This document shows positions 50,280-60,959 of a DNA stretch of 64,000 nucleotides, one piece after another (positions within the stretch are counted from its first letter, which is position 1; each line of letters opens with the position of its first letter). Under the pieces are notes generated by a model, which had not been told where the DNA came from, searched no databases, and saw only the letters and a program-made list of their open reading frames with translations. The translations under genes and the position numbers were made by a program. Source of the DNA: Verrucomicrobiales bacterium (GTDB taxonomy: Bacteria; Verrucomicrobiota; Verrucomicrobiia; Verrucomicrobiales; V1-33); the NCBI GenBank assembly GCA_031411295.1, contig JANOAV010000101.1, positions 1-64,000 of the forward strand. Direction: 5' to 3'.

Positions 50280-53200
50280 ATGAAATCTTCCTCCGCCGCA
50301 CTCTCGCGATCCTTCAGCAAATACAGGGCACTCGCTGCACTCAGCCTTCCGGTAGTCCTAGCAGCACAGGAGGGAAAGCCCGGGCCCTTTGCCGCATGGC
50401 AGCAGACCGGAGCGATTGCTTTGATCACCACCCCAAATGGAGCCAACCTTCCGGCAGGCACGGTCATTGAACAATTTCCCGTCTTGGTCCGCTTGGATCA
50501 GCAGTCATTCGATTTCTCCAAAGCGAAACCGCAGGGGGAGGATGTTCGTTTTGCGACCAGCCAAGGCTCACCGCTGGCCTATCAGATTGAAGAGTGGGAA
50601 CCAAGCAAAGGAACCGCCAGTATTTGGGTCCGCGTGCCTAAAATTGAGGGGAACCAACAGCAGATGATTCGGGTGTATTGGAGCAAATCCGATGCCGCCA
50701 GCGAATCGAATCCCACGGCGGTCTTCAATGAGTCGAACGGTTATGCCAGTGTCTGGCACATGGCCGATCCCGTAGTGGATGATGCCGGTGGCACTGTCTC
50801 GAAAGACGAGGGCACGACGCCAACTCCGGGCATCGTGGGGCAGGCGCGGCATTTGGGCGGGAAGCAGGGGATTTTCGGCGGGGATAAAATCACCAGTTAT
50901 CCATCAGGCACCGGTCCCATGACGACGGAGGCATGGTTCCGGGCAGAGCAGACCAATGGCACCGTGTTGGCCTGGGGCGAAGAAAAGCGGCCCTGCAAAG
51001 TAATGTTCAATTTCCTGAGCCCGCCACGCATCGCCATCCAATGTTACTTTGCCGACGTGGAAGCAAAGTCGCCCCTGGCCACCAACCAATGGTATCACGT
51101 GGTCCACACGTATTCTGAAAAGGACTCTCGGGTCTATGTGAACGGAGTGTTGGATGGCAACTCAACGCCCGTGCTCGATCTCCCCAAGACGTCCCGCCTC
51201 TGGATCGGCGGCTGGTATGGCAACTACAAGTTCGTGGGAGATGTGGATGAAGTGCGAATTTCCAAAGTGGCCCGTTCCGCCGACTGGATTAAACTGCAAT
51301 ACGAAAACCAGAAGCCGCTGCAAACCTTGGTGGGACCAGTCATTTCTGCAAAACCAAGCAGCAGTGTGGCGGCACTCCAGCTTACTCCTGCCCAAGCAAC
51401 CGTGCTGGAAGGAAAATCGGCCACCTTCAAGGCTCAGGCGGTTGGCGCCCTGAAACTTTATTGGACCCTGAAACGCAATGATCAATCGACCATCGTGGCG
51501 GTGGATCGCTATGAATATACCTTCGAGGCCGGACGTGTCACTGGGGATACTTCCGTCACCCTGCAATGCCAGGCCATCTATCCCACCGGGCCGCAGACGA
51601 AGGAAGTTGTCATCGGGATTAAGGAAGATGTTCAGGAACCCGTCTTCAACTTAACCGCTCCATCGACTTGGGATGGCCGAACGTCGATCGAAGTCGTGCC
51701 TAGCATCACGAATCTGGATGCCATGAAAGCAAAAGGCGCAGACACTTTGAAAACTGAATGGAGTGTCACTCCGTTTGCCGTCATTAAGGAAATCGCGCCC
51801 GGTAAACTGTTGCTCAAGCGTTCCCAGAACAGTGGGTCCCTAACCGTTACCGCAACGATCAGCAACGGCGGTAAGCCTGTTTCCCAAAGCACGACCATTG
51901 CCGTAACCGAACCCAAGCGTGATCTATGGCTGGCGCGCACACCCCCGGCGGATGAGAAGCCCCAAGAGGGCCAATTCTATGCCCGCGATGAGCAAGGCGA
52001 AGGAACGCTCTTTTATAATGGTGACTTGGCCGCAGACTCCGTGTTTCTCCGCCTCTATGCTGACGATAAACTCGTCAAAACCGAAACTGCTAGACCCGGA
52101 GCAGGCAACTCCTTTATGCTCTCCACCAAGCTGAAACCCGGCTTGATCAAATACAAAGTCGAATTCGGCAGCAGCAACGGCGGCAAGGAAACCGTGCACC
52201 AAACGGTTGGCAATCTGGTCTGTGGCGACGCTTACATCATCGACGGCCAATCCAATGCCTTGGCCACTGATACAGGCGAGAAGTCCCCCCCTGAAACTAA
52301 CGACTGGATTCGCAGCTATGGTCGTCCCTCCAACAACCCCAAAGACAACGAAGGCAACCTCTGGTGTAATCCTGTGTGGAAGGCACAGAAGGGGGAAAAA
52401 GCCGAACTGGGCTGGTGGGGCATGGAGTTGGCCAAACAACTCGTCGAGAGCCAGAAGATTCCTATTTTCATCATCAATGCCGCAGTTGGCGGCACCCGCA
52501 TCGACCAGCACCAACGGAACATGGCGAATCCCACGGACTTGGAGACCATTTATGGCCGCATGCTCTGGCGCGTCCAACAGGCCAGGCTCACCCACGGGAT
52601 TCGTGGCATTCTTTGGCATCAGGGGGAAAATGATCAGGGATCCGATGGCCCGACCGGCGGTTACGGCTGGGAGACCTATCAGCAACTCTTCATCGAGATG
52701 TCCGCTGGGTGGAAACAAGATTTCCCCAACGTGCAGCACTACTACGTTTACCAAATCTGGCCGAACTCCTGCAGCATGGGCGGCAATCAAGGCTCAGGCG
52801 ATATGCTGCGTGAAAAGCAGCGCACCCTGCCCCAGCTTTATGCTAACATGAGCATCATGTCCACCCTGGGGATCGTGCCTCCCGGTGGATGTCACTTTCC
52901 GCTCCTTGGCTGGGGACAGTTTGCCAACCTTATTCAACCACTGATTGAACGCGACCACTATGGCAAGAAACCGACCACCTCCATCACCCCTCCGAACCTC
53001 CAGCATGCCGCATTTGGTCCAGGGTCCAAAGATGCCATCCTTCTCAGCTTCGATCAACCCGTCGTCTGGAGCGATGCTCTGGCAGGTCAATTTTATCTGG
53101 ACGGGGTCAAGGACCAAGTCGCCTCTGGCAGCGTGGTCGGCAATACCCTAACGCTAAAACTAAAAGCCTCCACTGAGGCCGCCAAAATCACCTACCTCAA

Positions 53201-53300
53201 GGAATCCAACTGGAAGCAGGAAACCCTGCTCAACGGAACCAACGGCATCGCAGCGCTAACATTCTGCAACGTGCCCCTGGAATCAGCCCCGGCAAGGTAA
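50280..53300 (+). CDS. DUF2341 + LamG + SGNH (sialate O-acetylesterase-like) secreted protein
   Basis: GEDVRF..YQIE.W..WVRVP (DUF2341); WYHVV..YVNG..DEVRIS (LamG); GQSN, GGT, HQGEND. Confidence 0.85.
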   Translation: MKSSSAALSRSFSKYRALAALSLPVVLAAQEGKPGPFAAWQQTGAIALITTPNGANLPAGTVIEQFPVLVRLDQQSFDFSKAKPQGEDVRFATSQGSPLAYQIEEWEPSKGTASIWVRVPKIEGNQQQMIRVYWSKSDAASESNPTAVFNESNGYASVWHMADPVVDDAGGTVSKDEGTTPTPGIVGQARHLGGKQGIFGGDKITSYPSGTGPMTTEAWFRAEQTNGTVLAWGEEKRPCKVMFNFLSPPRIAIQCYFADVEAKSPLATNQWYHVVHTYSEKDSRVYVNGVLDGNSTPVLDLPKTSRLWIGGWYGNYKFVGDVDEVRISKVARSADWIKLQYENQKPLQTLVGPVISAKPSSSVAALQLTPAQATVLEGKSATFKAQAVGALKLYWTLKRNDQSTIVAVDRYEYTFEAGRVTGDTSVTLQCQAIYPTGPQTKEVVIGIKEDVQEPVFNLTAPSTWDGRTSIEVVPSITNLDAMKAKGADTLKTEWSVTPFAVIKEIAPGKLLLKRSQNSGSLTVTATISNGGKPVSQSTTIAVTEPKRDLWLARTPPADEKPQEGQFYARDEQGEGTLFYNGDLAADSVFLRLYADDKLVKTETARPGAGNSFMLSTKLKPGLIKYKVEFGSSNGGKETVHQTVGNLVCGDAYIIDGQSNALATDTGEKSPPETNDWIRSYGRPSNNPKDNEGNLWCNPVWKAQKGEKAELGWWGMELAKQLVESQKIPIFIINAAVGGTRIDQHQRNMANPTDLETIYGRMLWRVQQARLTHGIRGILWHQGENDQGSDGPTGGYGWETYQQLFIEMSAGWKQDFPNVQHYYVYQIWPNSCSMGGNQGSGDMLREKQRTLPQLYANMSIMSTLGIVPPGGCHFPLLGWGQFANLIQPLIERDHYGKKPTTSITPPNLQHAAFGPGSKDAILLSFDQPVVWSDALAGQFYLDGVKDQVASGSVVGNTLTLKLKASTEAAKITYLKESNWKQETLLNGTNGIAALTFCNVPLESAPAR

Positions 53301-53305
53301 TCAGC

Positions 53306-53755
53306 CTACCGATTGATGCGCTCCCAGGATTTGACTTTGCCCTCGCGGAATTTTACGACGGCTTCGGTGTAGGGGACGTAGTCGGGACCATAGTTGAAAT
53401 CGTAGTAGGGGCTGGTGTGGTAGTGCCGGTCCCGTCCACGCCCGTGGGGATAGGTGGCGAAGCCCATGCCGATGGTGCTGCGGTAAACGGGACGCAGGCC
53501 AGTGTAACGCCAGATTTCGTAATGGGTGCCGTCCTCACCTGCGGAGGAAATGTTATTGGGTGGACCCCAGGCAATCCAGACCGCATCGCGACTCATGCCT
53601 TCTTTGATTTCTCCAGCGAGCACGGCATCCCGTTGGCTCTTGGGGATGGCTGCGAAGGCCGTGGGGCGCTTTTCGGCACGGGTGGCGGGGGTGCTGGCGC
53701 AATTGGCGAGAAGCGCTGCGCTGACAACGGCTAGAATGACGCGGAGGAATTTCAT
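53306..53755 (-). CDS. Hypothetical lipoprotein
   Basis: Lipobox LANC; GMSRDAVWIAWG.P BamE/SmpA-like motif. Confidence 0.8.
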   Translation of the reverse strand: MKFLRVILAVVSAALLANCASTPATRAEKRPTAFAAIPKSQRDAVLAGEIKEGMSRDAVWIAWGPPNNISSAGEDGTHYEIWRYTGLRPVYRSTIGMGFATYPHGRGRDRHYHTSPYYDFNYGPDYVPYTEAVVKFREGKVKSWERINR

Positions 53756-53826
53756 GGGCTGAGGGGTGGGGGAATTTAGTTTGCGAAAGCAGATGCATGC
53801 GGTGACACATCGCCCTAATTATAACT

Positions 53827-54825
53827 ATGGAAGACCGCTTTGGCCATCGAATTTCTTACCTGCGGATCTCAATTACGGATCGCTGCAACGAACGCTGCAC
53901 CTACTGCCTGCCTGAAGAGGTTCAGCAGTGGCTGCCGCGGGAGGGGATTTTGTCTTACGAGGAAATCCTCCGCATCGTTCGAGTTGGGACCACCATGGGG
54001 ATTCACAAAATCCGCGTGACTGGTGGCGAACCGTTGACGCGTCGCAATGTGGTAGATTTCCTTCAGGAACTGGGGGCAGTTCCGGGCATCGACGATCTTG
54101 GTCTCTCGACCAATGGCACGCTGCTGACGGCTCTGCATGAAGGTGCTACAACTGCGCAACGACTCAAGGAGGCCGGGGTGCGCAGTGTGAATATTTCTTT
54201 GGATACGTTGGATCGCGCGGATTACGCGGCGGTGGCTGGGCGCGATTATTTACCAAAGGTCCTGGAGGGGATCGATGCGTGCTTTGCGGCGGGGATCGAG
54301 AAGGTGAAACTGAACGCCGTATTGATGAAGGGAAAGGCCACGGATTCGTTGGTGGAGTTGATCGACTTCGCCCACGAGAAGGGATGCATTTTGCGCTTCA
54401 TTGAATTGATGCCGGTGTCCACGCAGGAAGTGTTAACGGAAGGTAATTTCCTGAGTGTTGGCGTGGCGAGAAAGCAGATCGAGGCGCACTACGGCCCGCT
54501 GGAAGCCCGTCCGGAAATGAAGGGGAATGGCCCGGCGGCGTATTTTGCGGTGCCGGGGAGGGATCAGTTAATTGGGTTTATTGGGGCGATGACGAATCTG
54601 CATTTCTGCGAGTCGTGCAATAAATTACGACTAACCGCCGACGGCAAACTGCGTCCGTGTCTGGGTAGTTATCTGGAGTTCGATCTCCTGAAGGTGCTGC
54701 GCGATGGGGCGACGGATGACGAACTGCGGCAGTTCATTCTGCATGTGGTGGATCGTAAACCAAAGGAACATGACTTCCGCAATAACTACCAACCGAACCG
54801 CAAGATGATTGCCATTGGTGGCTGA
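53827..54825 (+). CDS. moaA: GTP 3',8-cyclase
   Basis: YLRIS.TDRCNERCTYC radical-SAM motif; FCESCNKLR..PCL; C-terminal IGG. Confidence 0.97.
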   Translation: MEDRFGHRISYLRISITDRCNERCTYCLPEEVQQWLPREGILSYEEILRIVRVGTTMGIHKIRVTGGEPLTRRNVVDFLQELGAVPGIDDLGLSTNGTLLTALHEGATTAQRLKEAGVRSVNISLDTLDRADYAAVAGRDYLPKVLEGIDACFAAGIEKVKLNAVLMKGKATDSLVELIDFAHEKGCILRFIELMPVSTQEVLTEGNFLSVGVARKQIEAHYGPLEARPEMKGNGPAAYFAVPGRDQLIGFIGAMTNLHFCESCNKLRLTADGKLRPCLGSYLEFDLLKVLRDGATDDELRQFILHVVDRKPKEHDFRNNYQPNRKMIAIGG

Positions 54826-54882
54826 GGAGGCTCAGGGGAATTCTCCATTGCGCAAATCGGCCTTTGCCATCAAAAGTGCGGG

Positions 54883-55419
54883 ATGAAAAAACGCGTTTTG
54901 TGCCTCACGGCAGATGGCTTTGAGGAAATTGAGATGGTCACGCCGGTGGACCTGCTGCGGCGGGCTGGAGTGGACGTGTTCGTGGCCAGCATCGGTGACA
55001 TTCAGGTGACAGGGCGCTCTGGGATCACCTTGGTGGCGGATGGCTTACTGGCGGACGCTGGGGCGGACTATGATTTGCTGCTGCTCCCCGGTGGGCCGGC
55101 GGTTGCAGCCCTGCGGCAGGATGGCCGTGCGGCGGTGCTGGCGCAACAGTTTGCGGCGGCTGGAAAATGGCTGGCGGCTATCTGTGCCGCCCCGTTGATC
55201 TTGCACGACGCGGGATTGCTGGCTGGACGAAATTTCACAGCTCACGATTCGACGGCTGAAGTCCTTCCCAGCGCTGATTTATCGCAGGCGGTCATTCGGG
55301 ATGGTCAACTGATCACTTCTCGTGGGGCGGGGACGGCTCTGGCTTTTGGGTTGGAACTGGTGACCGTTTTGTGCGGGGAACCCAAGTCGCAGCAAATTGC
55401 CGCATCCATTCTAGCTTAG
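54883..55419 (+). CDS. DJ-1/PfpI (YajL-like) family protein
   Basis: GFEEIE, LPGG, AAICAAP, ITSRGAGT. Confidence 0.93.
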   Translation: MKKRVLCLTADGFEEIEMVTPVDLLRRAGVDVFVASIGDIQVTGRSGITLVADGLLADAGADYDLLLLPGGPAVAALRQDGRAAVLAQQFAAAGKWLAAICAAPLILHDAGLLAGRNFTAHDSTAEVLPSADLSQAVIRDGQLITSRGAGTALAFGLELVTVLCGEPKSQQIAASILA

Positions 55420-55430
55420 CATTTACTTCT

Positions 55431-55907
55431 ATGAAAATCCCCACCACTCCCCGCGAAATCATCACTTGGTTCCTGCACCTGGCGCTGGGCGCGGTCTTCA
55501 TTTACTCTGGCGTCATGAAGCTCTGGGGATTGGGACCCATCTCCTTCACCGATGACATCCGCAGCTTTCATTTGATCGAGGATCCGTGGGTCGCCTGGGT
55601 GGCGATGAGTCTGCCGTGGCTGGAAATTTTGTCCGGCCTGGCCGTGATCTTCGGCCCGTGCCGGCGGGGTGGTTTGTTGATCATTTGCGTGAGCCTGTTG
55701 GTGTTTCTCGGGGCCATTGGCCAGGCCATGGCACGGGGGATCGATATCAGTTGCGGTTGCTTCGGTCATTCTGACAGAGCTTCGAATGCTTGGGAACTTT
55801 TCACCCGGGACGTGATTCTCCTATGCGTGGGAATCTATTTGCTCTGGACTTCGCGCGCCCAGCGGACGACAACCACGACAACCTCAGGGGAGCGGATTTC
55901 AGGTTGA
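55431..55907 (+). CDS. DoxX/MauE family membrane protein
   Basis: LG.VFIYSG..K, LPWLE, RGIDISCGCFG, RD. Confidence 0.9.
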   Translation: MKIPTTPREIITWFLHLALGAVFIYSGVMKLWGLGPISFTDDIRSFHLIEDPWVAWVAMSLPWLEILSGLAVIFGPCRRGGLLIICVSLLVFLGAIGQAMARGIDISCGCFGHSDRASNAWELFTRDVILLCVGIYLLWTSRAQRTTTTTTSGERISG

Positions 55908-55959
55908 AGTCTGTTCAGGGTGGGGGAATAGGAACGTCGTCACTTTCCATTAATTCCCC

Positions 55960-57672
55960 ATGCTGCCTGACTCAAAATCTCCCTATTCCAAATGTCGTTC
56001 GCGCTGGCTAGTTGCCTTGGGATTAGCCTGGCTGAGTTGCCTCATTTTCCTGATAGCATGGACGTCTCACGGTAAGGCAACTTTGGCCAAGGCCTTGCGT
56101 TTGAACCGGGAGTTCGGAGTTGAGGAATATACCTTGAAGGGCTTGCTGCAGGGCGGGTGGATTGTTTTTGCGATCATTACGCTACTGCTCATCACGCTGC
56201 GATGGTGGTTCCGCTGGTCGGAGCGTCCAACGGAGACCGCGGTGACCCAGAATCGGCCCCAAGGACGGTGGCAATGGACTGGGTTGCTGGCGGTTCTGCT
56301 AATTGCGTCGGCGTTGCGAGTCCCTTACCTGGATCAAGGGATTCTCTGGGATGAGCATGACAATCTGCGGAGGAATTTCCATGGCTACACTGCCTTGGAT
56401 GCCAAACCTGACAAAAATCCTTGGAATGAAGCAGGATATCGCGAGGCGTTTTTTGAAAATGAGCGAGCCAACAATCCGTTCTTCTACAGTGTGCTCGCGC
56501 ATGCCTCGCTGGACATTTGGCGGGCGGTCACTGGAACTCCCCGGGATCGCTTTAATGTGGTGCCGATGCGGATTCCAGCCATTTGCTTCGGGCTTCTGGG
56601 GATTGCGACCGTGTGGGGCTTAGGCAGGCGACTTGGCGGACCGGGAGTCGGCTTTACGGCGGCCCTCGTCTGTGCCCTGCACCCGCTGCACCTGCGCTAC
56701 TCTGTGGAGGCGCGGGGCTATTCCGTGGTTTTGTGGCTGGCTCCGTTGTTCCTCTCCCAGTGCTGGGAAATTATTCGTTCGGGTAGTTGGCGGAATGCCT
56801 TTGGGGTGTCGTTTACTGCCGCCGGTCTGCTCTACGCCTTTCCTGGTGGCGTGTATTTCATCGCTTTGGGGGCGTTGGTCTTGCTCTGGGCGCTGCTCTG
56901 GCAAGAACGCTCACCCGAGAATCGCGCCAGTGTGGTGCGGTTGATCGTGGCTGGAAGTTTGGCCTTGGGCGTGATGGTGTTTCTGATGCTGCCGGGCATT
57001 ATGCAAGCCGTGAAGAATCTGGAATCACAATTCCAGAAGAACGGCTTGGCAGCCCCGTGGTTTGCCCAGACTTGGCATTGGATGAGCGCGGGCGTGCATG
57101 AACCGATGGATGCAGAATATTACGAACTGCGCGATGGCAAACTGCCTTGGCTCCAATATTTTAAAGAATACCTAATGCATGCCCCAGTGACCTTCACCGT
57201 GGCCTTGGTGCTGGTGCCGCTGCTGTTAGTTGCTGGCATCCGCACCTTGTGGCAGCGCGGCACTGGAGCCCGGGCCGTTATCTTCATCAGCGTGGGGGCG
57301 CCAGTCCTCTGCCTGCTGCACCATGGCTTGATGACGCATTATTCCATTTTCCAATGGTATATGATTTATGCCTTGCCTCCGTTGGTGGTCGTGGCTTCCG
57401 TTGGGGCGGTGGAATTAGTTGGTTCGTTCACCGCAAAAACTTCGCTTATGCAATGGGCCGCTTGGGGCTCGCTGGTGGGAGTTTATGTGCTGGCAACGTT
57501 CCCGCCAGCCCGGCATCGATTGGGTGGTTATACCCACTGGAGCACCGACACGAACTTGCCCACGGCCCACTCCACATTCGTTCGCGGCCCTAACGTCTGG
57601 GAGACCTATCAGGATGGTCGGGTGCTGCGGTTGGGGAAAGTAGCGAAACCCAACCCTGCGGACGGCCCGTAG
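55960..57672 (+). CDS. GT-C fold multi-pass glycosyltransferase (GT39-like)
   Basis: ILWDE, ANNPFFYS, MRIPA, EARGYS, many TM segments. Confidence 0.8.
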   Translation: MLPDSKSPYSKCRSRWLVALGLAWLSCLIFLIAWTSHGKATLAKALRLNREFGVEEYTLKGLLQGGWIVFAIITLLLITLRWWFRWSERPTETAVTQNRPQGRWQWTGLLAVLLIASALRVPYLDQGILWDEHDNLRRNFHGYTALDAKPDKNPWNEAGYREAFFENERANNPFFYSVLAHASLDIWRAVTGTPRDRFNVVPMRIPAICFGLLGIATVWGLGRRLGGPGVGFTAALVCALHPLHLRYSVEARGYSVVLWLAPLFLSQCWEIIRSGSWRNAFGVSFTAAGLLYAFPGGVYFIALGALVLLWALLWQERSPENRASVVRLIVAGSLALGVMVFLMLPGIMQAVKNLESQFQKNGLAAPWFAQTWHWMSAGVHEPMDAEYYELRDGKLPWLQYFKEYLMHAPVTFTVALVLVPLLLVAGIRTLWQRGTGARAVIFISVGAPVLCLLHHGLMTHYSIFQWYMIYALPPLVVVASVGAVELVGSFTAKTSLMQWAAWGSLVGVYVLATFPPARHRLGGYTHWSTDTNLPTAHSTFVRGPNVWETYQDGRVLRLGKVAKPNPADGP

Positions 57673-57684
57673 ATGCGGCGGTGG

Positions 57685-59547
57685 CTATTTGCCAACCCAC
57701 TTCAGCACATAATGGGTGAACTGTGCTTCATCCATGGGCGGGAACGTCTTCACGAGCTGGAACTCCGCCGGATCTTGCAACCGAGCCAGGATCGCTGGAA
57801 ATTGCGCTTTCAATGCCGGTTCGCGGGTGTAGGCAATCCAGAGTTCCGCCTGTTCCCTGCGGGCTTTCTCCACCAAGGTTTCGAATCCCGCCACGCTATC
57901 CCAAGGGAAGTGCTTATTGTCGTAAGCATCCACATCCGACTTGTAGGAGCCAAATAAACGCTTGGCTCCATCGGGCGCGCCCCTCACGAATTCATAAGTT
58001 TCCCGGACACTTTCCTTGGGTCGCCCAGCTAGGAGATGGTTGACGCCCAGCCAACTCACCACCAGCGCGATGCCTGCTGCCAAGCTGAGGCAGCGGGATT
58101 TTCCTTTGCCAGCAGCGAAATTCCCCGCCAGCAGCAGTAGCATCCCAGGCAAGGCACAAATAACATACCACGGAAGCAGATAGAGTCCCCGCGCACCCAT
58201 CATGATCCAACTGAGAGGAATGGAAATGAGTCCGGCCAGACAGATGAGTTTTGTCAAGAAATCCCCCCGCAGCGCCCGCCAGAACCCCGTCACTAGCAAC
58301 ACGGTGAGACTCACTGCCAGCACCCAGCGGCCAGCGAATTGGCTGAGCACATAAGCATACGCGTGCCCGCCGCCGACGTCTTCGAAACTCAGTCCACTGC
58401 TCAGACCGCTCACCACATCCTTGAACCACGGCCAGCCCATGGGGCCCTTCAAACTATCCAAGGCGTTAATGGCCGCCACCAATTGCGGCAACGTAGGCAG
58501 CATCAGTTGCAAGGTTAGCATAGCCGCTGCGGTTAACGCGACGATGGGGCGCAGCAGCGTTTCCCTGGGCTCTTCATGCTTCCAGACCCGCCAGGCTAAT
58601 TTCCCGAGCAGCCCCAGATTCAGCACCAGAATAAAGTAGATCGATCCGCTGAAGCTATACAAACACAACCACTGACCGACCGCAAAGACCAGCCACCAGC
58701 GCCAACGCGGCGTTTCCCAAGCGCGGCAGAGCCCGTAGAAAATCAGCCCCAGCCCCAGCAGCGTGAGGCCATAGCCTCGGCCTTCATTGCCATAACGCAC
58801 CATCCAGAAATGAACCGCACTTAAAATCGCCACCGCCGCTGCCGCATAATTCCCCCAGAGCCGTCGCGCGGTGGCCCAAAGCAACACGCAGCCCAGCAGA
58901 CTGGCAACGATTGACGGGAAACGAATCGCCCGCTCACTGACTGCTCCCGGTGCTGCCTTCGTCGCCTTCGCCCAAGTCTCGTAGGAGACGCGACTCAGCA
59001 CCGAGCAGGGAGACGAATTGTTGCCCACTTTGTTGAAAAAGAAGGTCTTGAGCCAAGGCACTTGACGCCATTTTTGGTCGTTGGGCCGGAAATCTCCCGC
59101 CACGTAACGTTTAAAGGTATGCGCTTCGTCATTATAGAGACTCAGCCCCGCCCGCTCCCACCGCAGCCATCCACCAACGACCAGAGAGATCAGGAGAATT
59201 GCCCAACCCCATTTGCCGATCGGTGGGAGGACGCGTCCTGGACGTTCCGCCAACGGGCGTCCCCACCAGCGCCAAGTGACCGCCAAGATGAGAAACAAAA
59301 CGCCATTTCCCAGCGACGCATAATACGTCCCCCATTTGGCATAAGCCACCGTGAACCGATCCGTCTTGAATTCCGGTTCCGCATCCTCGATGGCCCGCGC
59401 CAGCGGCCAACATTGTTTCGCGGCCCAGAAAACAAAGCCTAGCAACGCCACTCCCAGCAGCGCCAGCCCCCAGGGCCACCAGCGTGCTTTGATTCCATTT
59501 ACCGCAGGAGCATCCGTGATATTTCGCATGAACCCAAATAAGGTCAT
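57685..59547 (-). CDS. GT-C fold multi-pass glycosyltransferase (GT39-like)
   Basis: LYNDE, GNNS, IRFPS, EGRGYG, many TM segments. Confidence 0.8.
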   Translation of the reverse strand: MTLFGFMRNITDAPAVNGIKARWWPWGLALLGVALLGFVFWAAKQCWPLARAIEDAEPEFKTDRFTVAYAKWGTYYASLGNGVLFLILAVTWRWWGRPLAERPGRVLPPIGKWGWAILLISLVVGGWLRWERAGLSLYNDEAHTFKRYVAGDFRPNDQKWRQVPWLKTFFFNKVGNNSSPCSVLSRVSYETWAKATKAAPGAVSERAIRFPSIVASLLGCVLLWATARRLWGNYAAAAVAILSAVHFWMVRYGNEGRGYGLTLLGLGLIFYGLCRAWETPRWRWWLVFAVGQWLCLYSFSGSIYFILVLNLGLLGKLAWRVWKHEEPRETLLRPIVALTAAAMLTLQLMLPTLPQLVAAINALDSLKGPMGWPWFKDVVSGLSSGLSFEDVGGGHAYAYVLSQFAGRWVLAVSLTVLLVTGFWRALRGDFLTKLICLAGLISIPLSWIMMGARGLYLLPWYVICALPGMLLLLAGNFAAGKGKSRCLSLAAGIALVVSWLGVNHLLAGRPKESVRETYEFVRGAPDGAKRLFGSYKSDVDAYDNKHFPWDSVAGFETLVEKARREQAELWIAYTREPALKAQFPAILARLQDPAEFQLVKTFPPMDEAQFTHYVLKWVGK

Positions 59548-59579
59548 TTACCCGTCTCGCAACCAGACTTTCGACCGGA

Positions 59580-59645
59580 AGCCGGGAAGTGGATCAGGCC
59601 TGGTGCGAGGTCCACCGTCATGAGTATCCCTCCCTCGCACCCGGC
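59580..59645. repeat. 66-bp direct repeat, left copy
   Basis: 55/66 identical to 60960-61025; shared core caccgtcatgagtatcc. Confidence 0.85.
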
Positions 59646-59829
59646 CCTGCTCCGGACGCCGTTGCAGTGCAGGTGTTGTTCCGCAATGGACTCACGGTTT
59701 TTGTTTGAATTAGTGAGGCTGGCAGATTGTCACAACTTGGATCGCATCGATGCCGCGTTACCTCGTGCTTTCCGATTTCGCTGCAAAGGGATCCTTCAAT
59801 GCATTTCTGTGACGCTTGGGGTTATTAAT

Positions 59830-60249
59830 TTATGTATCTATCCAGACTCCAGCTTTTCGGTATTCGGTTGTTTTGCATGGGAGTGTTGGATCGAAAAAAG
59901 TTGGTATGAAAACTCGGGAACCCGATACTGGAGTTATAAAAACTGCACACGATCTTTTCGTATTGCTGTCGTAAAATTGGAATGCTGCAAGGATGCGGTC
60001 TATTCTAATGTGGATGATTCTAGAATCTCCAGGATCTCGAATTTGTCTCTTCTGAAGTGTCTCAGCACCTTGATGGCCAGATACAATGACTGTTGTCCCG
60101 TCAGGTAAAATAATCCTTTCGTTGGATCGTCCCATCTTACGAATGACGAAGGAAGCTGGTCGGTTCTGCAGGTTTTGAATTTTTGAAACATTTTCTCTAG
60201 TGCATCCAGATAAAACAAGTGCGCCAAACATGATTTGTATTATTTTCAT
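59830..60249 (-). CDS. Hypothetical lipoprotein (AT-rich islet)
   Basis: MKIIQIMFGALVLSGC lipobox; TTGACA upstream on the minus strand. Confidence 0.6.
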   Translation of the reverse strand: MKIIQIMFGALVLSGCTRENVSKIQNLQNRPASFVIRKMGRSNERIILPDGTTVIVSGHQGAETLQKRQIRDPGDSRIIHIRIDRILAAFQFYDSNTKRSCAVFITPVSGSRVFIPTFFDPTLPCKTTEYRKAGVWIDT

Positions 60250-60306
60250 AGAAGTGTCATAAATAGGCTAATGAATCCCGTCCATTCCTGTGTCAAGAGA
60301 ATGCCC

Positions 60307-60852
60307 TCACTGGCGATTTGTGATTACTTTCTGCGCAATAATCTCTCTCTGGTATTTAGAAGAATAAACACGATGCTTGTCACTAATGAGGCCATGGACG
60401 ACGACATCTCCCAAGGGAAGTTCGTTTCCGGAAAAATTTCGTAACCGCCAAATCTCATTAGGCCCTATCTCGATCCGTCCGAGTCCAGAGTAAAATCCTC
60501 GTATTTTTCCATTTTTGTAACCAAATTCATTTAATAATCTCCATCTCTCCTTTTCGTTAGATCTGATCGCTGCTTGTGCATCCACAGATCCAACCTGGAA
60601 CCCCTTTAGGGGATGGGTTCCGTGTTTTTCGTCGAGTTCACTGTTGGATACTAGCATGTCGTATGCTCCAACAGTGTAACTTTCGACGAAAAAGTCCGTT
60701 TCTTCCCGTGGTATCTTCTTATCATGTGCCTTCCTCATGGCCATGCCGTAGATTTCCTTGGAAAACACATTTGGTTCATTGTCAGGGCGATTTGGTAGCT
60801 CACAGCTTGGAAGCAACGCCATGGCCGCAACGGTTAAAATGCGAGAGTTCAT
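60307..60852 (-). CDS. Hypothetical lipoprotein (AT-rich islet)
   Basis: MNSRILTVAAMALLPSC lipobox. Confidence 0.65.
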   Translation of the reverse strand: MNSRILTVAAMALLPSCELPNRPDNEPNVFSKEIYGMAMRKAHDKKIPREETDFFVESYTVGAYDMLVSNSELDEKHGTHPLKGFQVGSVDAQAAIRSNEKERWRLLNEFGYKNGKIRGFYSGLGRIEIGPNEIWRLRNFSGNELPLGDVVVHGLISDKHRVYSSKYQREIIAQKVITNRQ

Positions 60853-60959
60853 TCCGTGCAGTTTGTGCATTTGTTTTGGTCCCATTCCGAACCCATGCCA
60901 TCACTTTCACGATAAGCCCTTTTGTATTTTTCCTTAGGCACGAACCAGTTGCCATCGTA

